This document shows positions 28,486-40,769 of a stretch of 64,000 nucleotides of DNA, piece by piece. The notes beneath the pieces are model-generated. The model was not told the DNA's origin and did no database searches. It was given only the letters and a program-made list of their open reading frames with translations. This stretch comes from Lingula anatina. Its lineage: Eukaryota; Animalia; Brachiopoda. Each line of letters opens with the position of its first letter. Within the stretch, counting starts at the first letter, position 1. Position numbers and translations under genes: made by a program. The DNA lies in assembly GCA_051362555.1 (NCBI GenBank), contig CM120649.1, positions 434,001-498,000 of the forward strand. The letters are read 5' to 3'.

Positions 28486-31400
28486 TCACTTGACCTTCAG
28501 TTGGTTCCCCATACACTGGTTAGTGTTTATTTCTCCCAAAGATTTCCGCTTCTTAACGGGGTAATCATGGTTTATCCAAAGTTTCTCAATGTCCTTGTCT
28601 TTACTGTCTTTAATGACTGCTCTGGTGATTTCTTGAATTTCCTCATGGAGGGACTCCATGTCTTTTCCAGCATCAATTACCTGAAAAAGAAAGCATAATA
28701 TGTTCAAGACAACTTCTTAACTATTAATTGGCACTATTTTATTTTTATTCATCTTTTTGGTCTTTTTACCAAGAGGGTAAAAAAAATTCGATTTTTTATG
28801 TATTTTATAATACATATACAATGGTTGAATAAACTTTATTATTAACCAAATATGAAAACTACAGTCATGCTGATAACTTTTAAAACAACTTAAAATTCAG
28901 ACCAACAGAAGTGGCAGACAGACAGAAGTGTTTTAGTTGGACTGACTGACTGTAAATTCAAAACAATAGCTCTTTTTTAGGAGAGAGTTTTAGCAAATGT
29001 TTTCAAATTGTATTTGTTTCGATATGACCAACACTTTCCGTCAGTCAGCTACTCGCAATAATCACACACAAAGACATAAATGCTACTAAGTTAACAGTCA
29101 TCAATCAATCCTTGTATTCTTCATGTGCTCTTTTTTATTTCTGTTCCTTTGCATTTAAGGTAGTTCTCTCATATTAGCTTTTTTGCGATCTGCGCAGATT
29201 TCGCGCATGAGTAGTTTTTTGCGATAGCGGCTAATGATAAACATATAACATGCAATAAAATACGTAATTCACCCTTTTAAGAAATCAGTATGAAATCTTT
29301 GATGTTATTTTGGTCGAAGCGCTACGAATATGTCAACAATGCGTTGCGTATCTGTGAACGCTTGGTCTTTTACGCCGTAAAGTACCCACTTGCGACTTTG
29401 TTTACAAATGCCGCAATGTAAGAAATTACGTGAAGAAGGGATAGAAAAGAACGTTTTAGTAAGGCTTGTATAGCAGTGACAAGATCTTATCTCACGGAAA
29501 ATAATCACAATTGTTTGCATTTTGACCACAAAGTGTATTGTGGTGGTTTGTCACATGGTTACGATGTGTGCAACAAGACATTATTAATTGTCTTCTTCAG
29601 CATTGGTTTCCGATCACCCAGGGCCAAGTTACCGTGATTTGTATTTGTATGCTGAAAACAATTCTCTTCTTTCACAATAAGTTAAAATAATTAGACGCAT
29701 GGCGTTTTGTTGTTGATTTAAGTATGTTATTGAACAATATGACCTGCAAACAGTGCGATTTTCAGCTCTCCAGGAAAGATGCAACAGGTGTGCACCCGCC
29801 TGGCGTGCTGCGACGTCATTCTTGTAATGGTTTTGTTAAAGTGTAAATGGACAAAACCATAAAACACACAACAGAAGACCAAGGGTTTTTATGCAGATAC
29901 ATGTAATACTTTTTTGATGCTAGGAAAATAAACAGTATATTTTTATTAGAAGATAAAGTGTACTTTATTCCAACTTTATCCTAATTTACCCAATCATAAA
30001 CAAGAGATCTAGCTGATCGACTTTAGTTTGTAAATATATTACTTCACAGAAATTATTCAGCCCATAATGCATTAGAAGATAGTCTTGAGTTACAAAACTT
30101 AGTTAATTTTTGCAATGATGAAAGTGAAGAAAATCCTTTTTTTTCTGATTTTTTTATTTTATCCCAGTCAACTGACTCAATCCTGTGTGAAACCTTTACC
30201 AAATTCTGTAGAAAACCTTGTTTGTAAAAAAATAATTTCTTCATTTTATGAAATTTGGTTAACTGATGCAGAGAAGTATAAATATAATTTTCATAGAAAC
30301 ATAATAAGTGTATGAGTTAAAAAACTAATGATACAAATATATTTATCTTAATTTGCTAGTAAATTCCCATTGATTCCTATGTAAATTTGATAAAAAATCG
30401 TTGCTCAAGCAGCCCTGGCTCAAAAACAAGCGTGGTGTGGTACATATTTTTTTGTAAATTTCTTTGAGGTCTACCAAGATCTATAACATATCCACATAAA
30501 ATTAAAATCGCTAGGGCAGAATTTTTTATTTTTGCATTTTTCAGCAAAATTAAGGGCATTTTGGCAAAATCCCCATATAACGCAATGTAATAAACGTAGC
30601 GTTTTTCGGGACACCACCTCTCGAAAACGAGCGTGGGGACCCCCAATTTTTTTTTTCATATTTTTTACTCATATGGTAAGAAGATTTTGTCTTACAATTT
30701 TAATCAAAATCGCTAGGGCAGAAATATGAAATCTGAAATATGAGAGAGCGTCCTTAATTCTAAAGAATAAATGACGTATAATTGCCAGCTACCAGGCCCC
30801 TTTACAGCCTCTGGATCCCTTGGATGTTCAACCCCCTCACTCCCCCCCCCACCCCCTAAAAAAAAATAATAATAAATAAAACTTCAGCAATTACCCTCCA
30901 GTTGTTTTCCTTCAGATGCTCAAAGTTCTTTGCTACTTTTTCTTGGAAAGGTGTATTTTCATATCTAAAAACAAAACAAAAAAGATGTTTTTATTTTCTG
31001 CAATAAATCTGCAAGCTAAGAAATATGTGTACATTATAAAGGAAAAAAACAAGAAAATGTTTTCCGGAAAACTGAAGATTTCTAAGCTACTGGGGTACTG
31101 CACTTAAACAAGTGAAATATCATTGTTCTCTTAAACCTACAACTATATCTGCTCAAGGTCTGTACATGAGGGATGAAGCTGTCAGCAGATGGATTCAAGA
31201 TGTAACCTTAAATCTGAGTACTCATCTTACCACAGCTAACAATCTGCAAAGTTAATATTGACCCCATGGCCATTGCCTGTAGAAATGCATAATATTTAGT
31301 AAAATTATGTGAATATGTTGAATTACTGGCCGCAACTCTGCTTCAGGGTTGTAGATCCTCAGACCTTGGTGGCCTGAAGGCTCAGAATATTCAAAAGTTT

Positions 31401-34400
31401 TTTGGGCAAACTGCATTACCCCATCTCTCACCTCTCTCCCCCAAATCCGCCTCTCTTGGCTGCCTCTTCTGGTGTCAGGGTCAGGTACAGGATGAGATCT
31501 GGCTTTGGGAGACCAATGTCTGGTTGTCGACACCAGTCTAAGCCGAAACCCTTGAATATGTTAAAAAAAAACAATAAATAATCAAACTATCTCAATTTAC
31601 TTGAGAACAGTAGATAGATCTTCAAGTTCAATAGGTCCTCAAGTTCTCAATGAATGATTCAGAATAAGATCTACATTGGTGACAAAAAGAAATTAATGAA
31701 ATTTCCACAAAAAACAAAAAAAACTTTTTTCTATCTTAAGGTCTAACATGTTTTGTGGCTTTAACTCACCTGTTTAGCAGCAGTAAACGCCACCCCTGAA
31801 AATGCATATCTGTCAACAATGAGAGTAGTCCCCTGGAGTAAATGCTCTTTCATCTTTGGTCTGAAATCAAAATAAAAATGAAACTACATAAAATACAAAA
31901 TGCTTGTGCAAACATTTAGCATACAAATCATGTACAGAATGGAGATATGCCACCTTTTGTGCTTGGCTCTTTTTTATCACACGGTGTCTTTGAGTGAAAA
32001 GAGATGAAAGAGGAAGGGGGATACAAACCACTCCCATTACCATGGAGCCAGCATTATCCGTTAATTCTTTATATCTGGAGGTTAAATATAGACTTGTCTC
32101 CCTACACTGTAAACCCTCTCTTAAACTTGACCGAATAATTTACCTCTAACCCTTTACAGCCTACTGCGTACCCAGTATCTAAATTTTCCACCTTTAGTAT
32201 TGTCCTTTAGTAGATATGATAGTTGTTTTATTCTGGTGTACAGACTAGAGAGAATATATGTTCCAAATTAAAGGGATAATAACTCTTTGTATGAGATCTA
32301 TATTTCACAATAAAAACATTGTGAAGAACTCATAGAAATATAATATATTTTGTTTTACCACAAAAACGTCAGTTATAGCTGTTATTCTGATATCTGAGCT
32401 TGTCTTTAGACCACGTGACCTCCATTGATGGCTATACTCTGTTATAATCTCTTAAGAGATTATAACAAAAAAACTTTTTAGAAAAAAAACCAGGGACTAA
32501 CTTTGAATGTAAAAATAGATTCATTAATCATTGGTAAGTATGGGAAAATTGTTCTTTACTCCAGGAAAATTCATTTTTGGGCCAAAACGAAGAGTTATTA
32601 TCCCTTTAAGTGACTGTTATCCCTAAAACATTACAAGATATAAAGTCTTGGAACCATGAACAATCTAACTGAGAAGACCATGTTGATGTTCTATTAGTTC
32701 ATCTACTGACAAATACTGACACGGCCTCCCATCTGTTAGCTGAGAATAATAGATGTACTGCATGGTCCTCCAGTTCACACTTCTTCTCTAGATACTGACT
32801 GATAATACCCCCTATTGCTGTCCCACGATCTGAAACATTGAGAAGAGATAAACCTGGATCGAAGCAACCGATTTTGTTCACAATATACACAAAGTATACG
32901 CAAATATAGTAACTAGTAATAATGTCATGCATACATTACATGTATCAGTACTGTATGCTAATTGATTAGGGTCACAAAGAAGGAAGTTTAACATACATGT
33001 TGAAAATGAAAAGACCAAGTTGTTATTACATAGTAATTTAAGGGATTACACGCACTGTATTGATTTCCTCAGAATTGCAATTCTGACTGGATTTTTGTTT
33101 TAATTTATTTTGAGTCTAAACACAATCGATTGTTTATCTACAAATAGGCTCCTTTTTCTTGTATGGATCTAACAATGTGTTGCTTTACAGGGTACTGTCA
33201 GTTTAAAAGGAGTTTGTTTGAACTTCTTGGTTTTTATTTTTACAAAACACACTCAGGCATATTGCTGAAAAAATAATTATTAGTAGTGGCCTCTGTGAGC
33301 ATGTTCAGAAAGGATTTCCTCTGTTCCAGCTGTAGTTGGAATTCCTATACAGGAACCTACACTGTATATATAATAGGATTCCAAAATGTTCTGCATGCTT
33401 TTCTTCTGTATAAACAATAGCATCTGAAAATCCCAATATAGTTCGGCTTTACATTTAAAAATAAAGAGAATAACAAATACCTGATATTGCAGTTTTAAAG
33501 TAAATTTAAAATATATGAATTTTGTTCACTGAATACCTAGCAAAATATTCTCAATGCAAATGGTATATTAAATTTTATAAAATCTGTTTGATACATTACT
33601 TTTTATGACAGTAGATGTATTTTGAAGACTTATTTACAACACAACTCACCAGCTTTATTTTGATACAAAGGACACGTCTTTTTCATCATTGACATAGTTT
33701 CCATTGCTCCACTGATATCAAGTGTATAGTCCCATGGCAAATTCCCATTCTCTAAGTCCTACTTAACTGAGGTTTGAGGATATTTGTAGTGCCTAATAAA
33801 TGCTTCTGTGAATGACTGAACTAATAATAAAAATGCTAACAATGTTGCTTATATGAATGGTTGCTTTCATGGTGAACATTAAACTCTCTTAAACAACAGT
33901 CTTGTTACATGTACTTTCTAATGAACCAATATTAAGTACAAGAATGCTGAAATAATTTCTGACAGCTTCACGATGTAGAGATAAGTCATAACTGACAGCA
34001 ATATTTCATCTCATAAGACAATCTTGCATACATTCTTCCTTGAGTCCACAAGTGTTTATCGTGATGATCAGCTCAAATTTCTCCTTATATCTATCCTTTA
34101 TGAAAAAGGTTGCTTCTATGTAAGGTTAAACTTATGATTACATTAAATTCTCTCAAACTATAACTGTTATTACCCAATGAACAAGAAAAACGAAGTACAA
34201 GATAACTGAACTATCTTCTGACACAGCCCGGGAGCCACTGGTCTGCCGCTAGGTGGCTATTAAACAAACCGGAAGTTCGAGAATTTGAATTGGGCAATAT
34301 TTTTTGAGATTTATAGGGTGTCATAAACGGTGTATTATCTCGGCTATTAACGTACTTGGGGTTACAATATGTACATTGTCATATTGAGAAATAAATTTCG

Positions 34401-37400
34401 AATAATGTGAGATGACCCAAAAGTTGATCTACAGCATATTTAATGTTGAAAAATGAGTTTGAAATCGAAATTTTATTAAAGCTATTACGGAAGTTCGTTT
34501 TTGATTTTGATTTTTGTACCTATAGAGGCCTCCGCACAACTTGAAATTACTACAAGTTGTGGAAAATTTATTCAGCTTTCTGTCAATGTAAGCATGTAAA
34601 GAACTTTGCCTTAAGCTGTGAATGGCACAAATCAATTCACGGCCATGTCAGCCTGAAAACTCTCACTTACGATATCCGCATATAAGCCTCGCTTTGACTT
34701 AGTGCTTTCTCATGAGCTTCAGTCTCGTTTTAGTTTTTCCTTCACACAGTATTACTTATATAGAGCAACTGGGTATTGGGGACAATGAAATAATTTTTTT
34801 CTTGGCACTTACCACGGTGCTAATACAAATGAACTTTAACATTTTTTTTCATTGTAGATAAACCTTTTTATTACATGAGGCCAACTGATGAGGGTATTCC
34901 TTTCATTAAATATGAAAAATAACAAATGAAAGACAATTTACATTTAATCACATTGCTATATATTTTATTTTAATTTTACATAAAATTCAACTAGCCTGAA
35001 ATATTTTACCAGTGAGACATGTACATTGCAAAATAGTTATTTTACATTACATTGTACATTAATTACCCAGTAGGTGATAATTCAATGCTACTTTACTTGA
35101 TTGGTACACATTTATATATATTTAACCATCTAACACACAATTTCCCTTTACACAGTGGACCAGAATTTTTACAAATAATATAATTTCATAAATTTTCCCA
35201 AAGATGTCATGTTAATTTTCTTTCAGTGATACCAGGTATCAATCCATATTTGCATTTGAATAAACTTGTTTTACTTGTATTCCGATAAGTAGATATTACC
35301 TATAAGCTACACATATATAAAAAAAACCTGCACAGTAAAAATAAAACAATGTATTGTTAACTTAGTTGCACATACACTTTTAACTAACTTCATGTGGTTA
35401 AAACCTAAATTGATTTCACAAACTGCATTTCTATGTACTGATAACCAATAACTATTTATATTAGCAAGAGCACATATTTTTCATCCCTTGGAAGTATCCC
35501 AGAGGTTGTGGTGTTCATTGCCACACAGCATTTGGAAATGATGGGCGTTTTTGTTATGATAATTGCACGGCAAAAGGAATAATCCTGGTCCCATTCATGC
35601 TATTCAAGCCTAGAATAAATAATAGAGTTTTTAAAAGAATATCATAAAAAAATTCTAACTACATTTATCAATTGCTCACACACATACACACTGAAATTAA
35701 TCATAATTTATTGCAATCTTTGTAATAGGTAAACTGTAACAATCAATCTTGAACAGCACTATATTTACAATCTTTACCTTAAACTGCACTATTTATACTT
35801 AATTCATAACAGTGATTATTAAAAAAACATTTGAAACTGAACTTTGGGCAAAGTTGCACACCCATCATATATATAATTCAAAAACCCAATTTGAATCAAG
35901 GCATGAAAAAATTAGAAAACACATGCAAGTCAGAGCACCACATCACTATCATATGCCCTCATCATTGAAGAGCCTGTTTCATTTAATGTACATACACACA
36001 TACATATATTATTCACCTTTTTTAAACTTGCATTTTTATGACATTCTTCTCCTCAAAACCCCCAACCAATGCAATAAAACTTATTTTGTGTTTACATGTT
36101 TTTTTTTCTAAAAAAATTAACACAATTGATACATTTAACCCCCCCCCCCCGCCCCCAGCAAAAAAGACATAATTTATGATTCATATATTTCAAAACATGC
36201 CTATGGTTAGTTTACAATACTGTATCTTTCTCAACTACTGGTACCAATGCCCCCCCCCCCCCCCCCTCCCCACCGCTTTGCAAACAAGTACTGGTACACC
36301 ACGATATGCACTTACGTATACGTGTATGCAGGTTGGATGACAATGTTATTTCGCAATCCACTTCATCCTTTTCACATTAAAACACGAAGAAATTGCATGA
36401 GAAGCCAAGATTCAAACATTTCACTTATACGGTGACATTCATTCCATGCATGAGACCAGAAAGCCACTGCCATCACTCGATCAACTAAATGATAGGTACC
36501 CGGCACGGTGAATATACAGCTTGTTGGAAATGTTGAAATTCTACAAATTACAGGCCATCGCACATCTTAAAAATTTGATATGTTCAAAAAATATTGCCAA
36601 ACTATGAAAAAACAGGAACAGATAAAGAAAAAAACCCTTAAGCTGCATTTGGCACAGTTCAAAAGTCAATGTTTACAATGACGTTTTGTGTGCGGCCATT
36701 TTGCTAATCGCCAGTAACTTTAGAGAATACTCAGTGAAATCGATACACGAAGACTTATTCGGTGTATAAAATGTAACTTAAGCATATACTGTATTGTCCC
36801 GTCAAATTCATTAGTATTTAAATCTACTGTTCATTCCACAAACACATGTACAACTTACCTGTCTCTATGCCTTCGTCTCCCGCCAAATTTTTTTGGGGCT
36901 ACCACTCCACGTTTTGAAAATGAGGCCAAATCTAATATTTTCCAAAATAACCGTCAAATCAGCCAGTGGCTCCCGGGCTGACAACACGATGTTGGATTAA
37001 TAGCATTTGGTAGGATTTCACGTTTTTAGACTGTCTTGAGTTCATATTGGTCGATCCTGCTGATCAGCTGAAGCTTTAGCTTGTATATATCCTTTTCCTT
37101 TTGGTGTACTTGATCGCGATATGAAGTTTATTTTATTTTATTTGGTTCACCTATGTTACCGCTACGATTCCCCGTCGTTCATTCCCTCCAGCATGGCCGC
37201 TGGACTAATGTTACCAGGCGGTGGAAACGCGCTACTTATATGATTAAGACGAGCCTAGCCGTCAGTACCGGATATTGTTTTGTGACCTTGAGGAGCAATT
37301 AGGTTTGGTCTTTGCGGCACGCATGAACAGTAGTCGAACTACCACACCTGGGTCTTTTGTTTTTGACAACTGTTCACTCGTAATCGAGGCGCTTGTTCAA

Positions 37401-37874
37401 GACTACAGGCTGATATCTACTAGTACTACCAGTGGCTTCATTAGTAACGTTCCCACAATACTTAGTTTTCTGTCTGTGCGTACATACCCTGAAAAAAGCC
37501 AGCCTCGCTGACGAGAACAATGGACGTTTCTCACCCCTCTCTAGGATTACCCCTGGTGTTACGGGGCAAATATGACGTCGCTGTAATGGGTTAAATACGA
37601 TCAATTACTGACTTGACATCAGTATCGAGTGATACAGCTGGTAAATGACAACAATCCTGATCAGAGACGTGCTCACTCGCCTTCAGCAATATTAAAACCT
37701 AAACAAGAAGCAATCTTTATAGCACCAGCACCTTAACATAAATCAGTTACCTGGGAAGCGCCAAAGTTTAGCAGGTGTCCCCGACTTCTCAAGCGCTTCG
37801 ACTAACTTTACACACTGCGTGGATTTTCCTGCGCGGTCACAGCCCTCAAACACGATCAGTGAGCCCCTTCCCAT
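28486..37874 (-). CDS. DTYMK: Thymidylate kinase (dTMP kinase), 235 aa; exons 37874-37751, 32829-32721, 31860-31770, 31550-31432, 30964-30895, 28680-28486
   Basis: P-loop [65 protein letters not shown]...FQ and IDA. All junctions are GT/AG and phase-consistent (708 nt including stop). Confidence 0.97.
29159..30753. mobile_element. Non-autonomous DNA transposon, Kolobok-like (TTAA TSD, GG...CC termini)
   Basis: TTAA|GGTAGTTCTCTCATATT ... AATATGAGAGAGCGTCC|TTAA. Lies in DTYMK intron 5 and has no long ORF. Confidence 0.75.
32272..32605. mobile_element. MITE with TTAA TSD, Kolobok-like (AG...CT termini)
   Basis: TTAA|AGGGATAATAACTCTT ... AAGAGTTATTATCCCT|TTAA; perfect 16-bp TIR. Confidence 0.8.
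34224..36980. mobile_element. 2.76-kb non-autonomous TIR DNA transposon (superfamily uncertain; Academ/EnSpm-compatible 3-bp TSD)
   Basis: Perfect 18-bp TIR CAGCCCGGGAGCCACTGG / CCAGTGGCTCCCGGGCTG, with ACA on both flanks (34221-34223, 36981-36983). Lies in DTYMK intron 1. Confidence 0.8.
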
Positions 37875-38135
37875 GGTTGATTTTTTTCTTGATCCTTTAA
37901 AATTGGCTCCCACGCAATATTTCCTAGTGGCGACGGGGGCAAGTCTTGACCTGATACACCTTATTTTCGCGGGAAAACCAAACATTGACACGGTTAAAAA
38001 TTGCTAATTATCCTCACCGATATGAAGAGACCGACCAAGAGGAACCAAATCACAGGTTTTTGTATTTCCGGTTTATGTAACTTCCGTCACTCTTGTCTTC
38101 ACGTGTTCGACGCACGACCTAATAGATTGATCATG
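37875..38135. promoter_or_regulatory. Bidirectional CpG-rich promoter DTYMK(-)/mTERF-like(+), with near-palindromic E2F site and probable non-coding exon 1 of the + gene
   Basis: TTTTCGCGGGAAAA at 37964-37977 (TTTCCCGC E2F consensus on the - strand). ETS-like ATTTCCGG at ~38064. Local CpG enrichment. Splice donor TG|GTAAGA at 38136. Confidence 0.65.
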
Positions 38136-38534
38136 GTAAGAACACTGAAAAGTGGTATTATATGCCCTTTTGTTTCGCGAGGATCTTAAGCTTATGGTTT
38201 TATTCCTTGTCATTCTCTTCCCCAAATGTTTCATGTCTGAGATTCCAGCGTTCACAAAAACAATCTGACACTAATAGCTCCATGTGATCAGATCAGATCA
38301 GAAGTTTATTGACTATCGCCCTACATCCGGGCATGATCAAATACAAATACAAGAAGTAATCCGCAGAGTGATTACCATATACAGTTTGATATACATTATA
38401 TAATGTCTAGACTAAAGCAGGGAAAGTACATGTACTACTCAATAAAGATCAATATAGGGATAATTAAAAAAAAAAAAAAAAAAAAACTGATTCAACTAGA
38501 ATAGGCTACACTAAACCTTATATTAAACTAACTA

Positions 38535-40769
38535 TTATTTAGGGGGATATGAAAACTGCATCATCAAAACTGCATCATAGGTTTTATTCAGCATGGATGC
38601 AATTTTCATATCCCTAGCTTTAAAACAATCATAAAGAAAATTAGTTGTGCATTTTGCAATATCAAAATCATTACATTGCAGTACAGTAATAAAAAGGTCA
38701 CTGATGGACTCAGGGGCTGCACTGCCCAGTATATCTTTAACCTGGTTAAGGAATATGGCTCTTAGTGGAGCATAAGAGGGGCATATCATCATAAAATGGA
38801 ACTCATCTTCAACTGACCCCATGTTGCACACCGTGCATAGCCTTTTCTCTATGGGTATTTTAGGATTCATGTGTCTCCCCTTTTCAATTGCCAAATTGTG
38901 GGCACTTATCCTGAATTTGCAAAGGAATGTAGATTTGGGTTTGTGGATTAACTGTGTGTATATTTCTCTTTTAAAATCTTTTTTGAAGGTACTGTAGGTA
39001 CGTAATTTTTTGCCCTCCGTGTTCAGGGATGCTAGGTGAGATTTAAAGGCCGAACTATAAGAGATTTGGATAAGCGGTTTTATTATGGAAGAGAGTGCGG
39101 TCATGGATATTTTAAAAGGGTCCTCCCAAATGTCAGGGCGTCCAATGAGCGCCAGTGTATTTTTAATGCCGGTTGACCAGGTTGAGGTGTTAAGTCTGTT
39201 TAAATTTTCATTTTCATGAAGTGCATGAGTAACTAAGGAGGTGGTGTCATGGTGCTTTTTATATTGGAGGCTGTGCCAGTATTTGAGGGCCAGTGTGTGG
39301 GCAGTGGTCAGTATTGGGAAGCTGCCCAGTTCTCCGCGGACAGCATGTGAGGGAGATTTTCGGTTAACGCCTAGGATAGTTTTGCAGGCCTTGAGATGTA
39401 AGGTTTCAATGGAAAGTTTGTCACAAATTAGGAAGTAGCTGTCTTTACTTGAGTTTTTGACAAAGTATGGTGCCCAAACTTCAGAGCCATAGGTAAGAAT
39501 GGGAGCTATGAGTGAGTCAAAAAGTTTCATGGAAATGGGCACTGGGCTGGTGAATAATTTATTGCGGATTTTGAAAAATGCTTTCCCCCCTTTTGATTTG
39601 AGTATTTCAAGGGATTTGGTGAAACTTCCGGATGGAGTAAAGACAAGTCCTAAATAGCAGTATTCACTACAGATTTCTAGAGGTATATCGCCAAACTTGA
39701 AAATTTGTTTCTGGATTTTGTGGCCAGATTTATTGAATATCATGACTTTTGTTTTAGTGATGTTCACTAGTAGCTTCCATTTTTTGCAGTAGGCCTGAAG
39801 TTGATTTATTGCGGTTTGTAAACCTGCACTGCTTTCCGACATAATTACTAGATCGTCTGCATATAATAGGCAATTTAATTTTTGATTATTCAGAGACACT
39901 GGGTCACATCTGTCGTTAAAAATTGAGGGCAGGTCACTTATGAAGAGATTAAAGAGGAGTGGACTGAGATTACAGCCTTGCTTAACACCAACAGAGGACG
40001 AGAGACTATTTGTTATGCTATTTCTGCATTTGACGGCAAAACGCACAGATGAGTACATATTACGAAGGGTTCTTAGAAAGTTCCCATTGATGCCTGCCCT
40101 TGTCAGTTTGTAGAACAGGGCGTTTCGCCACACGGTATCGAAAGCAGAGGAAAAGTCAACAAAGCAAACAAAGAGGTTGGATTTAGAGGCCCTTTTAACA
40201 TATTTGTCTATGAGGGTTTTTAATACTAAAATATGGTCACTGGTGCGGCTTCCTTTTTTAAAACCAATTTGATTTGGGGGTATGATATTGTGTTTTTCTA
40301 CATATGTTGTGAGTCTGTTGTTCAGGATTAGACAGAATAGTTTACAGATATTGCTAGTGACAGCAATTCCTCTATAGTTATTTGGATCTGTTTTGTCACC
40401 CTTTTTGTGTATAACTGTTAGAAAGCTTGTTCTCCAAAGTGTAGGGAATGTTCCATTTGTGAGAATGTGGTTGAAGAGAATACACAGGGGGGCTGCCAGT
40501 CTGTGAATACCCTCTTTGATCATTTCATTAGGTATGCCATCTGGGCCAGAGGATTTATTATTCTTAAGTTTTGTAGAAGCCTTTTTTATTTCATTTACAG
40601 TAAGTCGGTAGTCAAGTTCATTGAAAGTACCGTTTTTAATACCATTAAAGTATTCATTAATTAGGGATTCAAATTTGGGGTCCTCATATTGTAGACTTCT
40701 ATTCATGAGATTATTAAAATGTTCCCACCATAAGTGGGGTGGTATAGGGTTACAGTTACTTTTTTTTTT
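38535..40769 (-). CDS. LINE ORF2 C-terminal part: reverse transcriptase and C-terminal Cys/His motif
   Basis: KSSGPDGIPNEM, NYRGIAV, NQIGFKKG, FVDFSSAFDTVWR, GVKQGCNLSPLLFNLFI, LLYADDLV, YLG and CTVC...EDEFHF...C. Confidence 0.93.
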   Translation of the reverse strand, partial: KKKSNCNPIPPHLWWEHFNNLMNRSLQYEDPKFESLINEYFNGIKNGTFNELDYRLTVNEIKKASTKLKNNKSSGPDGIPNEMIKEGIHRLAAPLCILFNHILTNGTFPTLWRTSFLTVIHKKGDKTDPNNYRGIAVTSNICKLFCLILNNRLTTYVEKHNIIPPNQIGFKKGSRTSDHILVLKTLIDKYVKRASKSNLFVCFVDFSSAFDTVWRNALFYKLTRAGINGNFLRTLRNMYSSVRFAVKCRNSITNSLSSSVGVKQGCNLSPLLFNLFISDLPSIFNDRCDPVSLNNQKLNCLLYADDLVIMSESSAGLQTAINQLQAYCKKWKLLVNITKTKVMIFNKSGHKIQKQIFKFGDIPLEICSEYCYLGLVFTPSGSFTKSLEILKSKGGKAFFKIRNKLFTSPVPISMKLFDSLIAPILTYGSEVWAPYFVKNSSKDSYFLICDKLSIETLHLKACKTILGVNRKSPSHAVRGELGSFPILTTAHTLALKYWHSLQYKKHHDTTSLVTHALHENENLNRLNTSTWSTGIKNTLALIGRPDIWEDPFKISMTALSSIIKPLIQISYSSAFKSHLASLNTEGKKLRTYSTFKKDFKREIYTQLIHKPKSTFLCKFRISAHNLAIEKGRHMNPKIPIEKRLCTVCNMGSVEDEFHFMMICPSYAPLRAIFLNQVKDILGSAAPESISDLFITVLQCNDFDIAKCTTNFLYDCFKARDMKIASMLNKTYDAVLMMQFSYPPK

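Noticed and set aside
29305-29529. Cys-rich ORF as a transposase remnant in the Kolobok-like element
   Set aside because: Too short, and no identifiable THAP or DDE motif by eye.
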